From positions 41,945 through 105,944 of the forward strand of contig JANYDC010000119.1 in NCBI GenBank assembly GCA_025359965.1: 64,000 nt of DNA, in the 5' to 3' direction. Position numbers and translations under genes: made by a program. The stretch is from Pedosphaera sp. (GTDB taxonomy: Bacteria > Verrucomicrobiota > Verrucomicrobiia > Limisphaerales > SXQI01). The first letter of the stretch is position 1; each line of letters starts with the position of its first letter. The notes below the pieces were generated by a model that searched no databases, had not been told where the DNA came from, and was given only the letters and a program-made list of their open reading frames with translations. Below are positions 30,605 to 39,062 of this stretch, in pieces.

Positions 30605-32815
30605 TTGCCGAGCATGCGCCGATCACCTTTATTGAGGAGCTGTTTATGTCGTCGTCCCCACATCCCGCTGTGGCTGCATGCCTGTCTGCTTCTGGCGCTC
30701 TCATTCGTTTACCAGGGAAACTTGCTGGCACAAAATGCCGGTACAAACACGATTTCCCGCCCCATGATGGATCTAGGCCCGGCGGTTTCATTTATTTTCA
30801 ATAACGCCGCCACAAACAGTCCACTTTCCGGACCCAGCACCAATCTTGTGACCAAATCACTGAGCATTCGTGTAGGGACGAATGCTGGTGTTTGTTTTGA
30901 TACAACGACTCATTGCTACGCGGCAGGCTGGATCGGCGGTTTTATCGATGTCCGCAAAACCTCGATTGCCACCACTGCACAAGGGAGCAGCCCTATTTTT
31001 CCGATTGGCACCAAGGTTTTTGCATCTGTCACACCTGTGATTGAGGGCCAAAAACTTAAATACAAGGGCCACTTTGTGAGTGGCGAGCAGGTGGTTCTTT
31101 CGTACGCCATCAATGATGTCGTTTTTCTGGATCTTCCCGGCATCGAAGAAGTGAGAGGGCAATCGTTTTTGACCCGAACCCTGCGGGTGGATTTAATGAA
31201 AGCGCCGATTGCACTGGTGATGCCTGACACCAAAGGTATTACACTTCTTGATCCCTCCGGCAGCGCCAGGCTGGAAACGAATGGCGCACTCATCACGCTC
31301 AGGATAGCCAGACACGACGAGCCGATTCTTCTGAAAGTGGCTTTTGGCAGCAGTGAACTTCCGCTAATCCCCCCGGTTAATCCTGCAACACTTACGAATG
31401 GAGGACCGGCAAGATGGACGAGTGAGGTCACGACCCATGGCAAACTCGGTGCCGAGCCCGGAGCCTATGTGGTGGATACTCTAACCCTCCCCGAACCCAA
31501 TCCGTGGAACTCATGGATGAGAATTTCCGGGTTGGATTTTTTCAGGGATGGCCGTTGCGCGATTTCCACCCTGAGTGGTGACGTATGGATTGTTTCCGGG
31601 ATTGATTCGAGTCTGAAAAAATTGCATTGGAAGCGTTATGCGAGCGGGCTTTACGAACCACTGGGACTCCGAATTCTCCATGATAAAATCTTTGTGCTCG
31701 GACGCGATCGCATTACTCGACTGCACGATTTAAACCAGGACGGGGAGGCAGATTACTACGAATCATTCAATAGCGATTGGGACGTTTATCCCACTTATCA
31801 TGCGTTCGTTTTTGATCTTCAGGGCGACAGGGCTGGGAATTTTTATTTTGCAAGCGATGGCAATATGGTTGATCCATTTCTCAACAAACATGGCAGCCTG
31901 CTGAAAGTTTCGGCAGATGGATCAACCCTTAAAGTCTTTGCCCGAGGTTTCAGAACTCCCAACGGCCTTAGTGTGGGGCCCAATGACGAGATTACCTGCT
32001 CCGACAATCAGGGGCATTGGACTCCGGCGAGCAAGATCAGTTGGATTCAGCAAGGCGAATTTTATGGATACGGGGGTGATCCACGGCAGCCGCGATTTGC
32101 GGAATATCAAAAAGCCAACTCAATAACGAATTTTGAACCGCCCATTTGCTGGTTGCCTATGAATCTGGATAACTCCAGCGGAGGACAAATCTGGGTCACC
32201 AGCGACAAATGGGGACTGCCTCGCGGGTCACTGCTCCACACTTCATATGGCAAATGCACCCTACTCCATGTGATGTTCGAGGACATCGATGGGCAGAAGC
32301 AGGGCGGAGCCTGGGCATTTCCGGTGCGATTTAATTCAGGGATGATGCGGGGCAGGTTCAATCCAGAAGATGGACAGCTTTACTTGGGAGGACTGAAAGG
32401 CTGGCAAACGGTGGCCATTCAAGATGGAGGTTTACAACGAGTCCGTTATACGGGCAAAACATTATCCCAACCTGTTTCGCTCCATGTCGAAACCGAGGGG
32501 ATCAAAATTAGTTTTGGCACTCGATTAAATCCTTCCTTCGCCAATGACCCAGCAAACTACAGCATCGCCCGATGGAATTATCGGTGGACCTCTCAATACG
32601 GCTCCGACTCGTGGTCCGTCGCAGATCCTCAGCAGAAAGGCGAAGATTCTGTCGTGGTCAAATCGGCAAGGCTTTCGGCAGACGGACTGTCAGTGTTTTT
32701 GGAAACCGAGCCATTAAAGCCGGTTATGCAAATGCGAATCAAATTCGCCATCGAAACAGCTGACGGACAGACGCTTCGGCAGGAAATTTATAACACAATC
32801 AACCGCGTCAAATAA
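30605..32815 (+). CDS. Secreted DUF6797-like/beta-propeller dehydrogenase-like PVC protein
   Basis: MDLGP..KSLSIRVG..FDT N-domain; [49 protein letters not shown]; start uncertain; family name from memory. Confidence 0.75.
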   Translation: MPSMRRSPLLRSCLCRRPHIPLWLHACLLLALSFVYQGNLLAQNAGTNTISRPMMDLGPAVSFIFNNAATNSPLSGPSTNLVTKSLSIRVGTNAGVCFDTTTHCYAAGWIGGFIDVRKTSIATTAQGSSPIFPIGTKVFASVTPVIEGQKLKYKGHFVSGEQVVLSYAINDVVFLDLPGIEEVRGQSFLTRTLRVDLMKAPIALVMPDTKGITLLDPSGSARLETNGALITLRIARHDEPILLKVAFGSSELPLIPPVNPATLTNGGPARWTSEVTTHGKLGAEPGAYVVDTLTLPEPNPWNSWMRISGLDFFRDGRCAISTLSGDVWIVSGIDSSLKKLHWKRYASGLYEPLGLRILHDKIFVLGRDRITRLHDLNQDGEADYYESFNSDWDVYPTYHAFVFDLQGDRAGNFYFASDGNMVDPFLNKHGSLLKVSADGSTLKVFARGFRTPNGLSVGPNDEITCSDNQGHWTPASKISWIQQGEFYGYGGDPRQPRFAEYQKANSITNFEPPICWLPMNLDNSSGGQIWVTSDKWGLPRGSLLHTSYGKCTLLHVMFEDIDGQKQGGAWAFPVRFNSGMMRGRFNPEDGQLYLGGLKGWQTVAIQDGGLQRVRYTGKTLSQPVSLHVETEGIKISFGTRLNPSFANDPANYSIARWNYRWTSQYGSDSWSVADPQQKGEDSVVVKSARLSADGLSVFLETEPLKPVMQMRIKFAIETADGQTLRQEIYNTINRVK

Positions 32816-32824
32816 CGCGGTTGA
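32799..32824. terminator. Hairpin between the convergent DUF6797-like gene and rpoN
   Basis: TCAACCGCGT-CAAATA-ACGCGGTTGA perfect 10-bp stem overlapping the stop codon; no clear U-tract. Confidence 0.4.
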
Positions 32825-32841
32825 TCCGAACACAGGGAACA

Positions 32842-34341
32842 TCAATATTCCTTGCGCAGATGTGAAGGCAAAATATTGAGTTCCGAACGGTATTTGGCAA
32901 TGGTGCGACGGGCAATTTGGATGCCTTTTTCACCAAGCAATTTAACGATTTCCTCGTCCGAAAGCGGCTTGCCGGAATCCTCATTGGATACCATTTCCGT
33001 AATAATCCCTTTCACGCTGGTGTTGGACATGCCAACACCCGAGGAAGTCATGATACCGGAAGTGAAGAAGTACTTCATCTCGAACACTCCCTGCGGAGTT
33101 TCCATGTATTTTCCAGAGACAGCGCGACTGACCGTGGTTTCATGGACCCCCACCACTTCAGCCACCTGAACCATCGTCATGGGTTTGAGTGCGCCGGCGC
33201 CTTTTTCCAGAAAATCCGTCTGTCGCTTCACGATTTCACGAGCGATATTCAGGATCGTTTGCTGGCGCTGGTGGATGCTTTTGATCAGAAACTTTCCGGC
33301 ACGGATTTTGTCGCGGATATATTCCCTGACTTCCGGCGAGCTGTCAGTCTGCGACATCAGGTCCTTATAGGTATTGCTGATCCGCAGATGTGGCACTTGC
33401 TCGTTATTGCTGGTAACCACCCAATCTTCACCCACTTTTTGGATAAAGACCTCGGGCATGATGTACTGTTGGTTGTCGGGCAGAAAATCGCGGCCCGGGC
33501 GGGGTTCCAGATGGCCGATGTTCTGAACAGCATCCTGCACTTCGTCCACCTCAAGATTCAAACCTCGGGCAATTTCTGGAAGCCTGCGGCGACCCAGTGC
33601 ATCCATGAAACGGTCCACAATCTGGTATTCGAGTGAGTTTTTTCGTCCCGCACGCTCAAGTTGAAGCATGAGGCACTCCCTCAGGTCCCGTGCACCGACT
33701 CCAGGAGGATGGAATGTCTGGACCACCTTCAAAACTTCTTGAATGCGGGCAGGGTCGACGTTCGTTGAGAAAGCAAGCTCCTCAACCGAACTTTGCAGGA
33801 AGCCATGATCATCAATATTGCCAATGATCATCTCGGCCACCTGACGTTGTTCCGCTGAGATATCCGAGGTCCGTACCTGCTCCAAAAGGTTCTCCTGCAG
33901 GGAAGTACCCGCCACCAGAGAATCAAACATGAACTGGCGACGTTCTTCCTCTTCCTGAGAGGGGCGCATGGGCAGGTTGGTCTGGGAAAAATGATCGCGC
34001 CATTCCTGATCCAGTTGCGTCAATTTTTCAAATTCAGCTTGAAAATCGTCAACCGAATCGTTGGTTTCCGGCTTTTCCGTGGCTGGATCAAATTGAACAT
34101 CGGCGGGTGGCTCAGCAGGATCTGGAGAATCCGGCGCGTCATCGCCATCGGACCGGGGCGCCTTCTCATCGATCTCGGAGTCTAGCACCTCTTCCAAGAC
34201 CGGGTTAACGGCCATTTCCTGTTCAACCAGCGCTTTAAGCTCAAGGGTTGGCGCTTGGAGCAAAGCAAGAGATTGCTGGAGCTGGGGAGCCAGCACCTGC
34301 GATAGCGACATCCGTTGAGCGAGTTGCAATCCTTGTCCCAT
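32842..34341 (-). CDS. rpoN: RNA polymerase sigma-54 factor
   Basis: Gln/Leu-rich region I, PPGVGARDLRECL, HETTVSRAV HTH, RpoN box ARRTIAKYR. Confidence 0.98.
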   Translation of the reverse strand: MGQGLQLAQRMSLSQVLAPQLQQSLALLQAPTLELKALVEQEMAVNPVLEEVLDSEIDEKAPRSDGDDAPDSPDPAEPPADVQFDPATEKPETNDSVDDFQAEFEKLTQLDQEWRDHFSQTNLPMRPSQEEEERRQFMFDSLVAGTSLQENLLEQVRTSDISAEQRQVAEMIIGNIDDHGFLQSSVEELAFSTNVDPARIQEVLKVVQTFHPPGVGARDLRECLMLQLERAGRKNSLEYQIVDRFMDALGRRRLPEIARGLNLEVDEVQDAVQNIGHLEPRPGRDFLPDNQQYIMPEVFIQKVGEDWVVTSNNEQVPHLRISNTYKDLMSQTDSSPEVREYIRDKIRAGKFLIKSIHQRQQTILNIAREIVKRQTDFLEKGAGALKPMTMVQVAEVVGVHETTVSRAVSGKYMETPQGVFEMKYFFTSGIMTSSGVGMSNTSVKGIITEMVSNEDSGKPLSDEEIVKLLGEKGIQIARRTIAKYRSELNILPSHLRKEY

Positions 34342-34386
34342 GTTTGGTTCAGCGTATCATCCGCCTGTTATTGCTCAAGATCATTG

Positions 34387-34402
34387 TGGCACGGAGACTG
34401 CT
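34387..34402 (+). promoter_or_regulatory. sigma54 -24/-12 element in the rpoN upstream region (opposite strand to rpoN)
   Basis: TGGCACGGAGACTGCT = TGGCAC-N5-CTGC with exact GG-N10-GC spacing. Confidence 0.7.
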
Positions 34403-34507
34403 TTACTTTCATGTCCATCGGGTGGTTGACTACTATTCTTAATAAAAATCCCGCGCTAAGGTCCCAAAATCGTTGCGGGCACCGCGCACCTCTCCTAACG
34501 TCCGTTT

Positions 34508-35317
34508 GTGCCAGTGCAGTTAACGATCTTGGGAAGCGGGAGTAATGGGAATTGTTCGTATCTTGAGTGCGGGGAAACCCGGCTGCTCATCGATGCGGGC
34601 TTTAGCGGCCGCCAAATTCGTCAGCGTCTGAGTCTCATTGGTCGTGTGGCGGAGTCCTTAACCGGCATTCTCATCACCCATGAACACGGCGACCATATCT
34701 CGGGGTTAGCCGGATTGGCTGGAAAATTACGCATCCCGATTTACTGGAATCGTGCCACGAAGGAGGCGGCCGAACGCCAGTTGGAAACCCAATTTAATAA
34801 CCATATATTCACCACAGGCGGTTCGTTTACGGTGGGAAATTTTGAGATCGAGTCTTTTTCCGTACCCCACGATGCCCAGGATCCAGTCGGTTTCTGCCTT
34901 CGCGCAGAAGGGGTGCAGATTGGTTTTCTGACCGATCTAGGCCATGCGACCAAGCTGGTTCTGGAAAGAGTTCGAGGTTCGAACGCCCTGGTTCTGGAGA
35001 CCAATCACGATATTAAGCTGCTTCAGGATGATCTTCGACGACCTTGGAGTCTCAAGCAGCGGATTCTGAGCCGGCATGGGCATCTTTCAAATGAAGCTGC
35101 CGCTGACACACTCGAAACAGTGCTCACGGATCGGTTGAAAAAATTATTTCTTGGCCACCTGAGCCGCGACTGCAACCGTCCCGAACTGGCTGAGCGTGCC
35201 GTGCGAAAACGGTTGGCTGACATGGGGGCAGCTCATGTTCTGACCGAAGTCACCCAACAGGACAAGCCATGCCAAACCTGGCATGCAGTTACTTTGATGG
35301 AGTCATTTCCGTTCTGA
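34508..35317 (+). CDS. Metallo-beta-lactamase-fold hydrolase (YycJ/WalJ-like)
   Basis: LGSGSNGN, THEHGDH, VPHDAQDP, TDLG, ETNHD, GHLSN, HLSRDCN. Confidence 0.92.
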   Translation: MPVQLTILGSGSNGNCSYLECGETRLLIDAGFSGRQIRQRLSLIGRVAESLTGILITHEHGDHISGLAGLAGKLRIPIYWNRATKEAAERQLETQFNNHIFTTGGSFTVGNFEIESFSVPHDAQDPVGFCLRAEGVQIGFLTDLGHATKLVLERVRGSNALVLETNHDIKLLQDDLRRPWSLKQRILSRHGHLSNEAAADTLETVLTDRLKKLFLGHLSRDCNRPELAERAVRKRLADMGAAHVLTEVTQQDKPCQTWHAVTLMESFPF

Positions 35318-36283
35318 TCAGGGAGCCGATCCTTGGATCGACAAAAGCAAGGAGACCAGTCTTTCCAGCCAAGGCGTGGCAACGCCCAAACCCGCCGCCA
35401 CCTGTAATGATTTAACAAATAAAGCTTCCACCTCGAGTTCCCGCCCGAGCTCAAAATCCAACAAAGTCGAAGGTTGATACGCCCCCATACTCGAGGTGTG
35501 ATCAATCAGGTGGCACACCAAATCCTCGCGCAGCGGAAGTCCGCGTGCTGAGGCGATTGCCATCACTTCGAGCATGAGAGCCTCAACCACTCCACGCCAC
35601 TCCGGATTGGTCAGCAAGGAATCAGTCGAAGCCCCAGATCTCTTTAGTTCTCCTAGAATTCGACCAGCCCTCAAGGAACCGAAACCCGCTGCTGCCGCCA
35701 CGCCCAACCCGTTGAAAGGTATGTTCCACGCCAGTTTTTCCCAACGAGCACGCTCGAGTGTGTCCACAACGCTGGCAGGCACGCCGGAACGCCTGAACAT
35801 GGAGGCAATTTCATGAGTGCGCGGTTCAGGCCACCTTTCAAATTCTCCGAGGTTGATACGTCCGTGGTCAATATGCTGAACGACACCGGCCGCGGTACGA
35901 TTCAAACAAACAAAACAAAGACCGCCCAGCACCCGTTCCGCGCCAAAGTGGGAAGCCAGAAGAGCCTCGTTGCCCAAACCGTTCTGGAGAGTAAGCAAAA
36001 AGGTTTCTTTGCCAATGAGGGGTGCCACCATTTGAGGAATGACTGTATTTGCAGTGGTTTTAAGGGTAATTAGCACGAGGTCCACGGGCCCGATCTCACT
36101 GGCTTCCCGAGCGCACCTCGGACGAAAATTAAAATCTCCCTGGCGGCTGAGGACCTGAACTCCATGGCGGCGAACCTGATCATAGTCGCTGCGCAGAAGA
36201 AAGTTCATGGACTCACCAGCACGCCCCAGCATCGAGCCATAATAGAGCCCCATCGCTCCGCATCCAACCACTGCAATCCTCAT
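35318..36283 (-). CDS. panE: 2-dehydropantoate 2-reductase
   Basis: MRIAVVGCGAMG Rossmann motif, LQNGLGNE, WEKLAWNIPFN, STLLD..ELE. Confidence 0.9.
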   Translation of the reverse strand: MRIAVVGCGAMGLYYGSMLGRAGESMNFLLRSDYDQVRRHGVQVLSRQGDFNFRPRCAREASEIGPVDLVLITLKTTANTVIPQMVAPLIGKETFLLTLQNGLGNEALLASHFGAERVLGGLCFVCLNRTAAGVVQHIDHGRINLGEFERWPEPRTHEIASMFRRSGVPASVVDTLERARWEKLAWNIPFNGLGVAAAAGFGSLRAGRILGELKRSGASTDSLLTNPEWRGVVEALMLEVMAIASARGLPLREDLVCHLIDHTSSMGAYQPSTLLDFELGRELEVEALFVKSLQVAAGLGVATPWLERLVSLLLSIQGSAP

Positions 36284-36319
36284 AAACAAAACGGCACCTG
36301 ACAAAGATCAGGTGCCGTT
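36284..36319 (-). terminator. Intrinsic terminator after the HU gene
   Basis: AACGGCACCTGA-TCTTTG-TCAGGTGCCGTT followed by TTGTTT. Confidence 0.75.
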
Positions 36320-36335
36320 GGTAAAAACGCGATGC

Positions 36336-36623
36336 TTACTTCACGCCGAGGATCGCATCCTTCGCCGCTTTGGCGACACGGAATTTCACGACCTTCTTGG
36401 CAGGAATCTTGATCTGCGCTCCGGTTGAGGGGTTGCGACCAATGCGGGCCTTGCGATTAACTAGGACCAGCTTGCCCAACCCAGGAAGGGTGAAGCTGTT
36501 CTTGGCCTGCTCACAGGCGAGCTTGGCGATGTAATCGAGAACTTCCGCAGCGGTTTTCTTGGTCAGCGAGAATTGCTCGGCGACCTTGGCTGTGATCTGT
36601 GACTTGGTCAGGGCTTTAGCCAT
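36336..36623 (-). CDS. HU-family DNA-binding protein
   Basis: 95 aa; LTKSQI, FTLPGLGKL, RKARIGRNPSTGAQIKIPAKKVVKF. Confidence 0.95.
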   Translation of the reverse strand: MAKALTKSQITAKVAEQFSLTKKTAAEVLDYIAKLACEQAKNSFTLPGLGKLVLVNRKARIGRNPSTGAQIKIPAKKVVKFRVAKAAKDAILGVK

Positions 36624-36749
36624 AGTATGTGTTCTATTGGTTTGTGAGAGTCGTTGGACTTGGGCTGATGTAACGATGGCGTTTCAGTGTTCGCAAGCGG
36701 AAAATGTGGTTTTTATTGAGAAAATTGATCTTTCGCTTCTTTTTGAGTC

Positions 36750-37076
36750 TTAATAGCGGTCCAAAGCAGGGTCAATCACCCTGGACCATTCATCGATTCC
36801 ACCCGTAAGATTTCTTGCATTCTTGAATCCGAGCTGTGAAAGCCATGCCACTGCATGGGCACTTCTCACCCCATGATGACAGTAGACCACGACCTCTTGA
36901 TCGCGCCAGTTTTCTAGCTCACTGCTACGTTCACCGAGCTCGGCCAAAGGAATATGGATGGCTTCAGGGATGTGGCCCATTTCCCATTCAAACAACTCTC
37001 GAACATCGAGCAAACGAATATCCTCCCGCCCGCGCATCTTAAATGAAAGCTCGGACACCGTCACCGGCTCGCTCAT
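36750..37076 (-). CDS. Single-domain rhodanese/sulfurtransferase
   Basis: LLDVRE..GHIPEAIHIP, YCHHGVRS, NLTGGIDEW; overlaps the trxB stop by 4 bp. Confidence 0.9.
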   Translation of the reverse strand: MSEPVTVSELSFKMRGREDIRLLDVRELFEWEMGHIPEAIHIPLAELGERSSELENWRDQEVVVYCHHGVRSAHAVAWLSQLGFKNARNLTGGIDEWSRVIDPALDRY

Positions 37077-38008
37077 GCCTGAGCCGCCTCCGCCGCAAGA
37101 AATCGCTCACAATCGATGGCAGCCGCACACCCCATACCCGCGGCGGTGATAGCCTGACGATAGACCGAGTCGGCACAATCGCCCGCCACGAAAACCCCGG
37201 AAATGTTGGTCTGAGCCCCCTGCCCCCGAATGACGTAACCGCTCTCGTCGAGATCGATTTGCCCTGCGAACAATTGAGTGTTGGGCACGTGGCCGATCGC
37301 GATAAAGACACCCGCGCAATCAATCGTGCGCTCAGTGCCTGTGAGCAAATCCTTGACCTTAACCCCGGTGACCTTGTTTTGCGTCACATCCAAAACATCA
37401 GTCACCACGGTATTCCAGACTGGCTTGATTTTGGGATTGGCCAGGGTCCGTTCAGCCATGATGTTCGAGGCTCTCAGAGAATCACGGCGGTGAACCAACA
37501 GCACTTCAGAAGCAAACCGGGTCAGATACATCGCTTCCTCGCAGGCTGAATCACCACCACCCACAACCACCAAAGTTTTGTTGCGAAACACCGGAAGAGC
37601 GCCATCGCACGTGGCACAGTAGGTGACACCCTTCTTTTCGAGCAGATGCTCATTGTTCAATCCCAGATGGCGGTGCCCGGCGCCGCTGGCAATGATCACA
37701 GTTTGAGCAAGAACCGCCTCTCCATCCACGATGAGGGTGAAGGGACGCTTGCTCAAATCAACCTTTTCAACCGTGGCAAATTGCACTCTTGCGCCGAAAC
37801 GTTCAGCCTGCTTCTGGGTGTTGGCCATCAATTCATATCCATCGATTCCATCTGGAAAACCCGGAAAATTCTCCACAATGCTGGTGGTGGTTAATAATCC
37901 ACCCGGCATTGTTCCAGTGAACACCAGCGGGTTTAAATTGGCACGCGCCGTGTAAAGCGCGGCAGTAAGCCCGGCACAACCCGTCCCAATAATCACAACA
38001 TTTTCCAT
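37073..38008 (-). CDS. trxB: Thioredoxin-disulfide reductase
   Basis: IIGTGCAGLTAALY, CATCDG, GGGDSACEEA, HRRD, GVFVAGD..YRQAITAAG. Confidence 0.96.
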   Translation of the reverse strand: MENVVIIGTGCAGLTAALYTARANLNPLVFTGTMPGGLLTTTSIVENFPGFPDGIDGYELMANTQKQAERFGARVQFATVEKVDLSKRPFTLIVDGEAVLAQTVIIASGAGHRHLGLNNEHLLEKKGVTYCATCDGALPVFRNKTLVVVGGGDSACEEAMYLTRFASEVLLVHRRDSLRASNIMAERTLANPKIKPVWNTVVTDVLDVTQNKVTGVKVKDLLTGTERTIDCAGVFIAIGHVPNTQLFAGQIDLDESGYVIRGQGAQTNISGVFVAGDCADSVYRQAITAAGMGCAAAIDCERFLAAEAAQA

Positions 38009-38135
38009 AGGAGCAGCGAACCTAAACAGGCCTACCCGAAAGTCAACCCAGCTCGCAATCCATTCAACCTAGATAACCCGGCGGAAATATCTCCCGATTA
38101 AACCGCAAAGCGGCAGGCGCCGATATGAAACATGT

Positions 38136-38151
38136 CGGCATAGTCCCTGCT
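38136..38151 (+). promoter_or_regulatory. Putative sigma54 promoter of the downstream hypothetical gene
   Basis: CGGCATAGTCCCTGCT with GG-N10-GC spacing, ~70 nt upstream of ATG 38223. Confidence 0.55.
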
Positions 38152-38222
38152 TATGAAAACTTGGATGGTAAATCAGACCCTACCGGGCTTGGTCCAGGGG
38201 TTGCCCGGGAATTGTATTACTT

Positions 38223-38936
38223 ATGAAAGTGATTCAGCCCAACTGCCGGATTCAATTCACAGCCGAAGACATTGGCTTCATCGTCACGACTCTCCGCAGC
38301 GGTGAGGAACAAACCCAACTGATCCGCGATTTGCTCACCGATTCCGATGCCCGTGATCTGATGCTGGAAGACGAGCGTTTGTACCGTGCGGTGTTGGAGG
38401 ACTGTGCGTGCCTTCGCATTTCTCAGCATCTCTATTTCTACATCCTCACTCGGCACAGCCTTAAGAAGGCCGGGTTGGATGACCGTCAGGTGGCGGATTA
38501 TGTGGCCGAAGTTCTTTCGGAATATTCGCGTTGGGAAAGCACGCGATGCCATCTGCCCGGCGAAGAAACCCCCTTGGATTATTGCTTTGAAATGGTGGGG
38601 GCCCTGCAAAGGGTTGACGAGAGGACACGATTTTGTCTCCGCACCCACATTGGCAACCACACCCTGTTCTTTGCGGGACTGTTCGCCGGAAGAATCAAGG
38701 ATCGGGCTGAACGGCGAGGTTTTCCGGACCTTGGATATTATGAATCCCTCGGGAAATCCAACTACCGCATCGCCAGTGATCACCGCCTCGCCACGCGCTA
38801 CGATCTTTCTCACGTACTGGGAACACTGGGTGAGGGATTCCAACATGCCCGAATCGCCCTCAATGATATGGCTGATCGCCTGCTTCATCTTGGCGATGAA
38901 GGACAGAATGTTCCTGCGTTCAACCGCGCAGCCTGA
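38223..38936 (+). CDS. Conserved-looking hypothetical helical protein
   Basis: 237 aa; IQPNCRIQFTAEDI, ISQHLYFYILTRH, HIGNHTLFFAGLF, YYESLGKSNY; function not recognised. Confidence 0.75.
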   Translation: MKVIQPNCRIQFTAEDIGFIVTTLRSGEEQTQLIRDLLTDSDARDLMLEDERLYRAVLEDCACLRISQHLYFYILTRHSLKKAGLDDRQVADYVAEVLSEYSRWESTRCHLPGEETPLDYCFEMVGALQRVDERTRFCLRTHIGNHTLFFAGLFAGRIKDRAERRGFPDLGYYESLGKSNYRIASDHRLATRYDLSHVLGTLGEGFQHARIALNDMADRLLHLGDEGQNVPAFNRAA

Positions 38937-38961
38937 TCAGGAATCGACATTGGCCAAAATC

Positions 38962-39035
38962 CGCAGATAACGGATTTGCTCAGAAGGAAAAAAATCTTGG
39001 GGTCTGAACATCTGTTCAAATCTGCGTCATCTGCG
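38962..39035. repeat. Imperfect palindromic REP-like element (CGCAGAT...ATCTGCG)
   Basis: Left arm CGCAGATAACGGATTTGCTCAGA versus reverse complement of right arm CGCAGATGACGCAGATTTGAACAGA; between convergent genes. Confidence 0.55.
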
Positions 39036-39062
39036 AATAGCACTTCCCGAGATAATCGACCG

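Noticed and set aside
38217-38888. 223-aa minus-strand ORF fully overlapping 38223-38936
   Set aside because: No motifs; the plus-strand ORF has the protein-like composition and an upstream promoter motif.
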